DNA from: an uncultured cyanobacterium
GTDB taxonomy: Bacteria; Cyanobacteriota; Cyanobacteriia; CAKZMO01
Direction: 5' to 3'
Length of the DNA stretch: 64,000 nt
Assembly: GCA_963719515.1 (NCBI GenBank)
Contig: CAVRCJ010000011.1
Location: 352,001-416,000, forward strand
Below the pieces are notes generated by a model that made no database searches, was not told the DNA's origin, and saw only the letters and a list, made by a program, of their open reading frames with translations. This document shows positions 51,602 to 61,748 of the stretch, one piece after another; the first letter of the stretch is position 1; the number at the start of each line of letters is the position of its first letter. Made by a program: the position numbers and the translations under genes.

Positions 51602-54382
51602 ATGGACCTCGTGCTCTGCCACACAACCGCCGACTTCGACACCCTCGGTGCAGCCGTAGGGGCAACGCGCCTCTATCCAGGTGCCAGACTGATGCTCACG
51701 GGCGGCGCTCACTCAACGGTGAGAGAATTTCTCGCCCTACACCGCGACGCCTACGCCATTGCCGAGCGCCGCGCCGTCGATCCAGACGCCATCCAGCGGC
51801 TAATTGTCGTTGATGCCTCCCGCCGCGATCGCCTGGGCAGTGCTGCGCCTTGGCTCGATTTGCCCCAGGTCACCACGATTGTCTATGACCATCACGGGGC
51901 CTCTCTAGACCCGGACTCAGACTCAGGTTCAAGCCGAGATGCATCAGAAGGCGCGATCGCCGCCGCAGAACTGCACCTAGAGCCCGTCGGGGCTGCCACC
52001 ACTTTAATTGTCGAGGCGCTGCAGCGGCAGCAGGTGCAGCTAACGGCGGCGGAGGCCACCGTCATGGCCCTTGGCATCCATACCGACACAGGGTCGCTCA
52101 CCTTTGACCACAGCACGGCTCGGGACGCAGCGGCGCTGGCCTGGCTGATGCCCTGGGTCAGCCTCAACGTGATTGCAGAATACATCAAGCCTGAGGCTTC
52201 GCCCGCGCTGCAGGCGCTGATGCCTGACGCGGTGCAGCAGGCCGAGACCGAGCAGGTCAATGGCGTAGCGCTCACGGTGGTGCGCCTCGACCTCGAAGCG
52301 CAGGTGTCGGGGTTGTCGAGCCTGACGGCGCAGCTGCTGTCTCAGCTAGAGAGCGACCTGCTCATTCTCGCCGCTCAGTATCCCGCCAAAAAAGAGAGCC
52401 GACTGGTTTTAATTGGCCGGGTACAAGGCGGTCTATGGGGGCCGCAGCTAGAGGGCGTGGACTTGGGTCAGCTGTTTGCAGCTTATGGCGGTGGCGGGCA
52501 CCCTAAGGCCGCTGCCGCTACCCTCAAGGGGGCCAACCGGGAGGCAGTGCTCAAGGCGCTGCTGGGCCAAATCCGGCAGCAGTTGCCCCAGCCCATGACC
52601 GCCCGCGAGCTGATGTCGTCTCCCGTGCGAACGGTGCGCCCTCAGGTGAGCGTTAGCGAGGCCCAGCGCATTGTACTGCGCTACGGTCACTCGGGCCTGT
52701 GCGTGGTCGATGAGGCCGACCAGCTGGCAGGAATCATCTCTCGCCGTGACTTAGATTTAGCCTTACACCACAGCCTCGGCCACGCCCCCATAAAGGGGTT
52801 CATGACCACGGCCCTCCAGACAATTGTTCTAGAAACGACCGTGGGCGACATTGAGGCCCTGATGGTGCGCCACGATATCGGGCGTCTCCCGGTACTCGAC
52901 AAGGGTCAGCTCGTGGGCATCGTCACCCGCACCGACGTCCTGCGCCAGCTTCATCAAACCCAGCGCGATCGCATTCTGCCGGCAGGCTGTCCCCATCTCG
53001 CGCCGCCCCAGGTTTTACAGCAAATGCTGCGCGATCGCCTCAGCCCGGCGGTCTGGACAGTGCTGCAGCTGGCAGCACAATCGGCGCAGCAGAGGGGATG
53101 GCAGCTGTATGTCGTGGGAGGTGCGGTGCGAGACGTGCTGCTGGCGGCGTCGGGGCGGGTGCTGGCCCTAGAAGACATTGATCTGGTTGTTGATGGGTTT
53201 CATAGGACTCCGGGTAGTGCTAACGCCAGCGGCGCTGGCGTCGAGCTGGCCCAGGCGCTGCAGCAGCAGTACCCCGGGACGAAGCTACAGGTGCATGGCC
53301 AATTTCAAACCGCTGCCCTGCTGTGGCATCGCCACCCCGAGCTTGGCTCTTTGGGGCTAGACATCGCCACCGCCCGCACCGAGTTCTACCCCTACCCTGC
53401 CGCTAATCCTGAGGTGGAGGCCAGCTCCATTCGCCAAGACCTCTACCGCCGCGATTTCACCATCAATGCCCTAGCTATTCAGCTCACCACCCCGCGCAAG
53501 GGGCGACTGCTCGACTTTTTTGGCGGCCAGCGCGACCTCAACCAGCAGCTCATTCGGGTGCTGCACCCTAACAGCTTTATCGAAGATCCCACCCGCATCT
53601 TCCGGGCCGTTCGCTTTGCCGTGCGGCTGGGCTTTCAGCTAGAGGCGCAGACCGAAGGCTATGTCCGCCACGCGATCGCCAGCGGCGTCTACCAGCGGGT
53701 GCAGGCCGAGATAGACGTGACCCCCGCCCTGCAGGCCCGTCTGCGACGAGAGCTGAAGTATTTGCTCGAAGCGCCCTACTGGCGCAGCGCCGTCCAGATG
53801 TTAGGAAGTCTGGACGCTTTGAAATGCCTCCACCCCTCTCTATACCTTTCTCCTGGCCTGTGGTGGCAGCTAACGCTGGCTCATCGTGGACTAGCTCGGT
53901 TTGACCAAGCGGGGCAGCTGGCGCATTGGCACGTGATGCTAGAGGTCATCCTCGCCCACGTCCCCCCGGCAGACCGCTATGATGTTGCCGTCCACCTCCA
54001 GCTTCCGGCAGAGGCCCTAGAGCGTCTCCAGCAGCTGGGCGCGGTGGAAGATCAGCTGACGCAGTCTTTGACGCCCAACCTGCAGCCCAGCGAGATTTAC
54101 CGGCAGCTCCAGCCCTACGACACCGCCTTACTGGTACTGGTTTGCGTCAGAGTCTCGCGGCCCGTGCGGCGGCTCATCTGGCGCTACTTGACGCTGTGGT
54201 CAGCCCTGACGCTGCCCCTAGGCGGCAACGATTTGAAAGCGATGGGCTACAAGCCGGGGCGACAGTTCAAAACGATGCTGGATCAGCTGCGCGACGCGGT
54301 TCTCAATGGAGAGGTGATAGGAGCGGTGCATGCCCGTCAGTTTGTGCGCGATCGCTTTGAGCCAAAATCGTCCACTCTTTAA
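51602..54382 (+). CDS. tRNA nucleotidyltransferase with DHH/DHHA1 and CBS domains (probably A-adding type)
   Basis: DFD, DHH, GGGGH; two CBS domains; VGGAVRD, DIDL, DLYRRDFTINA, EDPTRIFRA. Confidence 0.92.
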   Translation: MDLVLCHTTADFDTLGAAVGATRLYPGARLMLTGGAHSTVREFLALHRDAYAIAERRAVDPDAIQRLIVVDASRRDRLGSAAPWLDLPQVTTIVYDHHGASLDPDSDSGSSRDASEGAIAAAELHLEPVGAATTLIVEALQRQQVQLTAAEATVMALGIHTDTGSLTFDHSTARDAAALAWLMPWVSLNVIAEYIKPEASPALQALMPDAVQQAETEQVNGVALTVVRLDLEAQVSGLSSLTAQLLSQLESDLLILAAQYPAKKESRLVLIGRVQGGLWGPQLEGVDLGQLFAAYGGGGHPKAAAATLKGANREAVLKALLGQIRQQLPQPMTARELMSSPVRTVRPQVSVSEAQRIVLRYGHSGLCVVDEADQLAGIISRRDLDLALHHSLGHAPIKGFMTTALQTIVLETTVGDIEALMVRHDIGRLPVLDKGQLVGIVTRTDVLRQLHQTQRDRILPAGCPHLAPPQVLQQMLRDRLSPAVWTVLQLAAQSAQQRGWQLYVVGGAVRDVLLAASGRVLALEDIDLVVDGFHRTPGSANASGAGVELAQALQQQYPGTKLQVHGQFQTAALLWHRHPELGSLGLDIATARTEFYPYPAANPEVEASSIRQDLYRRDFTINALAIQLTTPRKGRLLDFFGGQRDLNQQLIRVLHPNSFIEDPTRIFRAVRFAVRLGFQLEAQTEGYVRHAIASGVYQRVQAEIDVTPALQARLRRELKYLLEAPYWRSAVQMLGSLDALKCLHPSLYLSPGLWWQLTLAHRGLARFDQAGQLAHWHVMLEVILAHVPPADRYDVAVHLQLPAEALERLQQLGAVEDQLTQSLTPNLQPSEIYRQLQPYDTALLVLVCVRVSRPVRRLIWRYLTLWSALTLPLGGNDLKAMGYKPGRQFKTMLDQLRDAVLNGEVIGAVHARQFVRDRFEPKSSTL

Positions 54383-54456
54383 AAAACATTTAAGCTTTTT
54401 GAAGTATCGTAGGAGAACTGTAGACTTTGGTCGTAAATTGGGCATTGGAGAGGACT

Positions 54457-55101
54457 ATGGCTAAGCCTCGGTACTGGATACCTCTGTTGTTTGGCGCTAG
54501 CGCTGCAGTAGCAGGACTGGGCGGGGGGGTTATAGGTACGGTGCTGGCAAGCAATCCTGAGTCATCAAACGCCTCCACGCTGGCCCAAGATCTGTTGGGG
54601 AGCGAGCAGGCCTTTCCGCCCTCTGACAACTGGCCCGGCGAGACCTCTCGCCCCGTTCGCGATGTGCTCTTCGAAGACGTTCAAGAAGAGTGGACCGCTG
54701 CTCCCACCCCCTCCCGATCCAGGCAGTTTGAGACCTGGACCTCTGATACGCCCGTTACGGAAGCTCGATCGCGGAGCGATTCAGAAGAGGTGTCAGACGT
54801 CGCAGATGTCGCTGCGGATTCGGAGCTAATGATTCGATCCGACATCAACTTAGGCGAAGATTTGGCGTGGGAAGACGCTCCGGCAGCCGTTACAGCTGGG
54901 CAGTTGCTCAGCGAGGGAGAGCCAGAAGACGCCTCTCCAGTCACGACCACTGTGGAAACTATCAAGCCCTCAGCAGCTCATGTCGACACCCGTATTGACG
55001 ATAGTGGCGCAATTCGCATAGAGCCCTCTGCTGAAGCTTTTGAGGATAGCACCAGGAGTAAGGTAGACCGCATTGATAAAGGCAACAGTTCAATCTTTTG
55101 A
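54457..55101 (+). CDS. Hypothetical protein with N-terminal TM and acidic disordered tail
   Basis: GAGAGG RBS; EQAFPPSDNWPG motif. Confidence 0.7.
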   Translation: MAKPRYWIPLLFGASAAVAGLGGGVIGTVLASNPESSNASTLAQDLLGSEQAFPPSDNWPGETSRPVRDVLFEDVQEEWTAAPTPSRSRQFETWTSDTPVTEARSRSDSEEVSDVADVAADSELMIRSDINLGEDLAWEDAPAAVTAGQLLSEGEPEDASPVTTTVETIKPSAAHVDTRIDDSGAIRIEPSAEAFEDSTRSKVDRIDKGNSSIF

Positions 55102-55151
55102 ATGGGGCTGGCGGTTACGCCTCACCGAACTACGCCTTACTGAATTGCGCC

Positions 55152-57575
55152 TTACTGGCGGTCAGTAGGAGGGTCAAGCCACGTGAGGTTATCCACGACG
55201 GCGCTGTGTTCTGCCGAATAAGCCGATAAACCTTTAATCACGTCTACGTTGTAGAGCCTCAGGTAGTTCCAGTAGTTTTCGAACACGGACTGAACATACC
55301 CCTTAGTTTCAGAGAAAGGAATTTGAGTAATGAACCGGTCGGGGTCAGAGGTGTCAAAGCGGGTAATCCAATCGGCGACGCTGCCTGGGCCAGCGTTGTA
55401 GCTGGCGACCGCGTATAGAGAGTTGTCGTCGTACTCTTCGTGGGTGTAGTTGAGATACCAGGTTCCCAGCCGAATGTTGTCCTCGGGGTTAGTGAGCTGG
55501 TAGTCTGACAGCCCTATCTGGTTGGCAACCCACTCCGCCGTAGGGGGAATCACCTGCATTAACCCCTTCGCCTCGGCGCTTGATTGAATATCCGTCTCGA
55601 AGCGAGATTCCTGACGAATCAGGGCGGTCACTAAGAACGGGTTGAGCTTATGCTCCGCTGACCAAGTTTCAATTAAGGGCCGGAAGGGGAACGGATATAG
55701 CCCTCGCCAGTAGGCTAGGGAGCGGCGAGCATCAGCGTCGCTAAATTCATCCGTGCTCTCGGCCCGCCAGTCTAAGCTAGAGAGCATAAAAATCCCCTCT
55801 AGGTTGTCGCCAATCCCCAGCCGCAGTAGACCATCGGTCATCTGCTGCGCGACGGTAGGCCGCACGGGGTGATCGTACTCGACCTGCCAGAGCGCCCAGG
55901 CGTCTTCGTCTTGGCCAAGCTGGTAGAGCGCCTGCAATGCCTCCGACCCAGCAGGTAGAGGCGATCGCGCCACATTAGGAGCTAGGGCAGGCTGCTTGTA
56001 GCGGGCGGTGGTGAAATCTCCAACGTCCCACCCTAAGATAGTCGCCGATCGCCAAGCATAGTAAGATTCGGGGTACTGCTTAAGGACGTATTCCAGCGCC
56101 GTTTTAGCCTCCTCCGCTCTTCCCAGCTGATCGGCCCAGCGTCCCACCCAAAAGGCCGCAGCAGGGGCATATTCGTTCTTAGGATTTTGCTTGACCACCT
56201 CGGTAGCCCACTGCCACGCCGTCACCAGATCCCCTGCCTGAGCCGCCTGCTGAGCTTGACTCCAGCGCAGCTCTGCTGCTGTATCTGAGTCGCCGTACTG
56301 CTTGAGAATGGACTCGCGGGCTTGACGGGCCGACTCTGGGCTGTCGAGGCTCCCCAGGACCTCTGCCCGGACCTGCAGCGCTTCAGCAGCCCGGTCGGGG
56401 AACGCCTGGATAATCCGGTCGGTGTAGGGCAGCGAGTCTTCTAGCTTCACCAGTTTCGAGAGGTGCAGCAGCCCTTGGGCGGTCTCCTCGGCCTCGGGGA
56501 ATAGGCGGTTCAGGGCTTGGTAACGGCTGATGGCGGTATCTCGCCGGTCGTCCAGGTGAGCCCCACGAGCGGCCCGGTATAGAGTCAGCGACGTTTGGGG
56601 AGCCTTGGCGTAGGCCTGCCCGGCGCTGCCGTAGCGCTGCATCTCCCAGTAGCCAAACGCGATCGCTTCCCAGTCTTCCGGCTGGAGGCGATCGGCATAG
56701 TCCTGGGCGAGCCGGTCGAGGATGGCTTCCGATTCGGGCAGGTAGCGAGCGTGGCGAGTCAGCAGCAATAGTTTCTCGGGCTGGGCAGGATTTTTGGCCA
56801 GGGAAGCCTGCACCCAAGCCACGGTGCGGGGATGGGCGGGGAAATCTTGGATGGCCTGCTGCAGGTAGGCGGGGTCGGGGGGTTTGCTATCCGTCTGGGC
56901 ACTGTTTGCTTCGGCGCTGCCCGCTTGAGCGCTGTCTCTAACGCTATTCAAAGACGCTTGACCCGCAGCAGCTTGACCCGAAGGCGTATTGCCGGCAGAA
57001 GTGCTGCCTGCAGAAGCATCACCCTCAGCGGTATTGCCCAAAGCGTAAAGCGCTTCCGCAGCGGCAGGGTGGTCGCCGTGGCGCTTGAGCAGCGTTTGCC
57101 AGGTCTCCTCAGCGGCTTGAGTATCTCCCTGCTGAGCATAGGCCTTGGCCCGCTGCACCAAGACGTAGGGAGCTAGCACCGGATAGGTCTGCTCTAGCTT
57201 CTCAAGGTTGGCCAGTGCAGCCTCTGCGTCGCCTTGAGCTAGCAGATCGCTCGCCAGCAGATAGCGGGCCTGGAGGCGATCGCGCTTGGTAACCTTGGGT
57301 GTGCTGGCTTCGGAGGATTGAGTTCGGGGAGATTTGCCCTCTGCGATCGCTTCCAGCGCTGGGCGACGCTCTTCAGGGGACTGCAACGCCAATGCCGCTG
57401 TGGCGCTGGCGTTGGCATTTTCTAAAGCGTCTTCTAGGCTAGCATCTAGGGACTGCTCGGCAACCCCTCCGCCTGTGCTAGAGCGCCAGAGGGCGATAGC
57501 GGTTGACCCGACTAACAGCAGTCCGAGACCGACGCCTGCTGCCATCAGCAGACGGAGCTTATTCTTTCGCCCCAT
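55152..57575 (-). CDS. Soluble lytic transglycosylase with TPR repeats
   Basis: IRQESRF, GLMQV, ASYNAGPG, ETKGYV. Confidence 0.93.
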   Translation of the reverse strand: MGRKNKLRLLMAAGVGLGLLLVGSTAIALWRSSTGGGVAEQSLDASLEDALENANASATAALALQSPEERRPALEAIAEGKSPRTQSSEASTPKVTKRDRLQARYLLASDLLAQGDAEAALANLEKLEQTYPVLAPYVLVQRAKAYAQQGDTQAAEETWQTLLKRHGDHPAAAEALYALGNTAEGDASAGSTSAGNTPSGQAAAGQASLNSVRDSAQAGSAEANSAQTDSKPPDPAYLQQAIQDFPAHPRTVAWVQASLAKNPAQPEKLLLLTRHARYLPESEAILDRLAQDYADRLQPEDWEAIAFGYWEMQRYGSAGQAYAKAPQTSLTLYRAARGAHLDDRRDTAISRYQALNRLFPEAEETAQGLLHLSKLVKLEDSLPYTDRIIQAFPDRAAEALQVRAEVLGSLDSPESARQARESILKQYGDSDTAAELRWSQAQQAAQAGDLVTAWQWATEVVKQNPKNEYAPAAAFWVGRWADQLGRAEEAKTALEYVLKQYPESYYAWRSATILGWDVGDFTTARYKQPALAPNVARSPLPAGSEALQALYQLGQDEDAWALWQVEYDHPVRPTVAQQMTDGLLRLGIGDNLEGIFMLSSLDWRAESTDEFSDADARRSLAYWRGLYPFPFRPLIETWSAEHKLNPFLVTALIRQESRFETDIQSSAEAKGLMQVIPPTAEWVANQIGLSDYQLTNPEDNIRLGTWYLNYTHEEYDDNSLYAVASYNAGPGSVADWITRFDTSDPDRFITQIPFSETKGYVQSVFENYWNYLRLYNVDVIKGLSAYSAEHSAVVDNLTWLDPPTDRQ

Positions 57576-57662
57576 GGGTTATCCAGATACGCAACTCGGC
57601 AGGCTGCCTGATTCTAGCGCATGGCTTGGTCAACCCACTTGCAGAGTCATAGGGGAAGCCGC

Positions 57663-59402
57663 CTATTGGGAGGAGGGCCGCAAGGCAGCAGCAGTCTCAA
57701 CGAGAGCATCGTACTTCGGCGAGCCTTCCTGATAGATATTTTCCAGGGCACCCCAGCTGCCCCATTTGCCCGGATCGCTGACGTCAGAGAAATGGACGAA
57801 TAGGCCGCCCACCTGGTCGTACCATTGCGACAGGTAAGTTTTGTAGACCTCCCCCATGCGCGGGTCACGGTTAGCGGCAATGAATAGGTCCACAACAGCG
57901 CGGTTGTTTTCCATGCCGTTGTGCAGCGGCGCGAGATGTTGCCCCCCTTCATAGGCCACCAGCATCAACCCTTCGTCCTCAGCCAGCGCAACGTAGTCCG
58001 CCACCCAGTCAAATGAGCGCTGTAGCGCTCCCCCTTCATCGCCCTCCGACAGGGCGCCTCCCGTCGTGATCTCCTCAAACAGCCGGTCTAGGGCTGCCGC
58101 TTCGCCGTCGCGGACCCAGGTCTCCAAGTCTGTCTTCACAGCATCCTTGCCCAGCGGCAGTCCCACGTAGGGAGCGATGGCGATCGCATCAATTCCGGCC
58201 TCGCGGTTGGAGAGCCCTGCTGAGCGCAGGTAGTCCAGGGACTTCTCAGCGGTCCAGGCGTTCGCGGCCTGAGCGCCCAACACCCCCACCACGCGATCGC
58301 GCTCCCCTTCAAAAACCTCATCCCAAATCTGCAGCACCTCGGCGGTGCGCTTCCCGAACCACAGGCGGCTGCGGGTAAATTCGTCCTCTCTTGAGTCAAG
58401 CTGTTGACCTTGGGCCACGGCGTAGCGCTGCTGGTCAAACTGACCATTCCACACCTCGTTAGAGAACTCGACGTAGAGGGGTAGGTCAGGGGCGAGCTGC
58501 TGCCGCACGTAGCGGGCAAAGTTCCGCACGTAGTCGTCCGTGGCCTGATGGGGCATGGTGAACCAGGGCGATTGCTCTAGGCGATTAGCCAGGTCCACCA
58601 TCACCTCCACGGGAACGCCGCGGCGAGCATAGGTGGCGTCAGCAGGCCGAGGTCGCTCTTCCCAGCCGCTCTGGTCTGAGTTATTGGTAGCCATCCAGTC
58701 CATAAACCGCAGCACGGCGTAAGGCCGAGTTTTGTCAAGAAACACGGGGTTAAAAGGCTCCTGTTCAAAGGAGGCCTCGTACTCTGCCGGGACGACGCGA
58801 ATGTTGCGAATGTAGTCGTCTGGGTTGGTGTCTGTAATCTGGAGGTGAATGCCCTGGTCAGAAGGCGTCACGTCGATGACATCTCTGCCGGGGCGAGACT
58901 TGTCAAGTCGCTCAGCGTCAAATCCATAGCGCAGCGTTCCCTGCCCCTCGTACAGCACCAGGTACTCGCCACCGGGATAGTCTTCGACGCCGCGAAACAG
59001 CAGCGTTCCGGCGCGGGTGTAGGTCAGGCCATCGGACTTACCGGGAAGCGATCGCACCCAGCCCTGCTCGTCGAGATCGAGCCGGTCTTCTTCCCCAGTG
59101 CTCCAGCCCTCGCAGTCGGGGTCGGCGTCATCGCACTGGGCGACCCAGGGGCGAGACGACTTAAACCCGTCGACAAACGGCATTTGGGTGGACCAGTCCG
59201 CGATACCCGTCAGATTGGTGCCCAGCTGGTTGGTGCCGGGGGTCTTACCAGCAGGGTACGCGGCCACGGCGGTGGATGTGGAGAAGTCTTGAGGGCGAGA
59301 CGATTGGCTTTGAGAGGAAGAGGGAATGAGGTGACAACCGACGGTGAGCAGCAGCGTCGCCGCAAATCCGATCAAGGCCGTGAGGACTGTCGATCGCTTC
59401 AT
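57663..59402 (-). CDS. Lipoprotein, putative glycoside hydrolase (TIM-barrel type)
   Basis: Lipobox LTVGC; LRFMDW, EFSNEVWN, AYEGGQH, WGSWG. Confidence 0.7.
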   Translation of the reverse strand: MKRSTVLTALIGFAATLLLTVGCHLIPSSSQSQSSRPQDFSTSTAVAAYPAGKTPGTNQLGTNLTGIADWSTQMPFVDGFKSSRPWVAQCDDADPDCEGWSTGEEDRLDLDEQGWVRSLPGKSDGLTYTRAGTLLFRGVEDYPGGEYLVLYEGQGTLRYGFDAERLDKSRPGRDVIDVTPSDQGIHLQITDTNPDDYIRNIRVVPAEYEASFEQEPFNPVFLDKTRPYAVLRFMDWMATNNSDQSGWEERPRPADATYARRGVPVEVMVDLANRLEQSPWFTMPHQATDDYVRNFARYVRQQLAPDLPLYVEFSNEVWNGQFDQQRYAVAQGQQLDSREDEFTRSRLWFGKRTAEVLQIWDEVFEGERDRVVGVLGAQAANAWTAEKSLDYLRSAGLSNREAGIDAIAIAPYVGLPLGKDAVKTDLETWVRDGEAAALDRLFEEITTGGALSEGDEGGALQRSFDWVADYVALAEDEGLMLVAYEGGQHLAPLHNGMENNRAVVDLFIAANRDPRMGEVYKTYLSQWYDQVGGLFVHFSDVSDPGKWGSWGALENIYQEGSPKYDALVETAAALRPSSQ

Positions 59403-59451
59403 GGGTATCCAGTTTTTTAGACGTGAGCGGTAGTGCCCCCCTTTCTGGGCG

Positions 59452-60063
59452 TCAAATCGACTTTGGCTGAATAATTCGCGCGGGGATGCCGACGGCGGTC
59501 GCCCGGTCCGGAACGTCGCTCAACACGACGGCGTTTGCCCCGATGTTGACGTCATCTCCAACCTGGATACGCCCAAAAAGCTTCGCACCTGCCCCGATGT
59601 TGACCCGTTTACCCAAACTAGGTGCGTCAAACGGGCGGTCGACATGGCGTAGTCCCAGGGTGACCCCCTGGCGAATGATGGAGTCATCTCCGATGGCGCA
59701 GTAGCCGTGAATCACGATATTGCTTTGATGCTCGACGATGACCCGCCGCCCTAGCTTGACGGTATAGGGCAGCTCGATGCCGTAGGTATTGCGCACCTTA
59801 CGATACAGCGATCGATACAGAATGCTGAGCGGTGCCCGCAGGACTTTAGGCTTCACCTGCATGCGCCAAACGCCAAACCGATGAACCGCGACGGCTCGAA
59901 ATCCAGGTAGCGTCCAGTCTTGCCCGTGGGCAATCCAGTCCTCCCGGATCATCCCCCACAGGCCGAGGGGCAGCGGATCGGGGTTACCTACTTCAGGGTC
60001 GGGAGTCGTTGATGCGGAGGGCTGCGGCTGAACGTCCGCTACTGTTTGCTCGTGTGCTGTCAT
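59452..60063 (-). CDS. Hexapeptide-repeat O-acetyltransferase (CysE/WcaB-like)
   Basis: IGDDSIIRQGVTLG, VNIGAGAK, IGANAVV, AVGIPAR. Confidence 0.88.
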   Translation of the reverse strand: MTAHEQTVADVQPQPSASTTPDPEVGNPDPLPLGLWGMIREDWIAHGQDWTLPGFRAVAVHRFGVWRMQVKPKVLRAPLSILYRSLYRKVRNTYGIELPYTVKLGRRVIVEHQSNIVIHGYCAIGDDSIIRQGVTLGLRHVDRPFDAPSLGKRVNIGAGAKLFGRIQVGDDVNIGANAVVLSDVPDRATAVGIPARIIQPKSI

Positions 60064-60534
60064 AGCTGCTTATCTCGCATGGAGGGCGATAGGGATAGTG
60101 GTCGAGTTGACGATGAGAGGGGGCCGGCGATCGATTATTTGGATCAATTGTTTGAATCTTGATCGCCGAGTACCTGACTACCGAATACCAGTCAAAAGAG
60201 ACCCGCACCGATTTTTGTAACCCATTCTTACCCGAAACAGCGGCAAAACCGCCATGTTGCTGTCTTCTTTATGGCGATTTGTCATTAGGCTCCATTTACA
60301 CGGTCAAACGTTTAGCTAGGGTAAATATTGGCGATCGCACCCAGGCAAGCCAAGGTTCGGAGTGATACGGTTTTGTTAGAGCTGCTGATCTGCGCAGGCT
60401 TAATCTCGGTGCACTCTGGAAATTTCTGCGCGCATGTCTCTGTGAGGCCTGTGCCTGCGTGCGCTCAAAAGTGCCGGCAAAGGGTCAGCGTCAATCTTTT
60501 ACTCTCGCTAACCTCTAGATCCCTAACATCGCTT

Positions 60535-61530
60535 ATGAACTGCCTTGGAGTCGTCGCCATTGGCCGTAATGAGGGCCAGCGTCTCGTTCAATGCCTGGAC
60601 TCACTTCGCCAGCAGCTTTCTGACGGAATGCCGGTTGTTTACGTTGACTCGGGGTCGACGGACAGTAGCGTTGAAGAAGCCCGACAGCGCGGCGTTGACG
60701 TGGTCGACCTCGACCTTTCTGTCCCCTTTACGGCGGCGCGGGCCCGCAACACCGGCTTCGAGCGCCTCATGGAGATTTCGCCCGACCTTGAGTTTGTTCA
60801 GTTCATCGATGGAGACTGCGCGATTGCAGAGGGCTGGATGGCCCAGGCGCAGGCCGTGCTACAAAGCCAGCCGACGGTAGCCGTGGTCTGCGGGCGCCGC
60901 CGAGAGCAGTACCCAACTCAGTCGATCTACAACCAGATTTGTGATGTGGAGTGGGACACCCCCGTAGGGGAAGCGGATGCCTGCGGGGGAGATGCGATGA
61001 TGCGGGTGGCCGCGTTCAAGCAGGTGGACGGGTTTCGGCAGAGTCTAATTGCCGGGGAAGAGCCTGAGCTTTGCGTGCGGCTACGGCAGCAGGAGTGGAA
61101 AATTTTGCGCATTGACGCCGAGATGACCTACCATGACGCCCGCATGTTTCGCCTGTCGCAGTGGTGGAAGCGATCGCGGCGGGCGGGCTACGCCTATGCA
61201 GAAGGCAGCTGGCTCCACGGCGGCAGTCCCCAAAAGCACTGGGTGCGGGAAAGCCGCCGCATTTGGGTTTGGGGGCTGGCCATCCCGCTGCTCAGCCTAC
61301 TGCTGGTGCCCTTAACAAACGGCTTTAGCCTACTGCTGCTGCTGGTCTATGGCCTGTCGGCCTATCGGGGCTACCGGCACACCCGCCAGCGGGGATTCCC
61401 GGCCCAAACATCGTGGCTGTATGCCCTATCCTGCGTTGTCGCCAAGTTTCCAGAACTCCAGGGACAGCTGAGCTACCACGTCAACCGGCTGCTGGGTCGG
61501 CGTCAATCGATCATCGAGTATAAATCTTAA
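60535..61530 (+). CDS. Glycosyltransferase family 2
   Basis: IGRNEG, VDSGSTD, ARARN, FIDGD, AGEEPEL; C-terminal TMs. Confidence 0.92.
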   Translation: MNCLGVVAIGRNEGQRLVQCLDSLRQQLSDGMPVVYVDSGSTDSSVEEARQRGVDVVDLDLSVPFTAARARNTGFERLMEISPDLEFVQFIDGDCAIAEGWMAQAQAVLQSQPTVAVVCGRRREQYPTQSIYNQICDVEWDTPVGEADACGGDAMMRVAAFKQVDGFRQSLIAGEEPELCVRLRQQEWKILRIDAEMTYHDARMFRLSQWWKRSRRAGYAYAEGSWLHGGSPQKHWVRESRRIWVWGLAIPLLSLLLVPLTNGFSLLLLLVYGLSAYRGYRHTRQRGFPAQTSWLYALSCVVAKFPELQGQLSYHVNRLLGRRQSIIEYKS

Positions 61531-61748
61531 CACTCATCGGCGATCGCCCTGAGGCTACGACTAGTCTAAGGGGAGCTCCTATACCCGCCCCCGCAAAAGG
61601 TCGCATCCTCCTGGGGGTAGTACCGCTCACTGATATACGGGCAACCTATGGGAGAGTACTTCAATACTGACTCGGCCTGAAGCCTGAGTACTGGCTCGAC
61701 CTTCAGGCTGAGTAAACCACCCATCCGAATTTGCTACGATAGCTGGCT

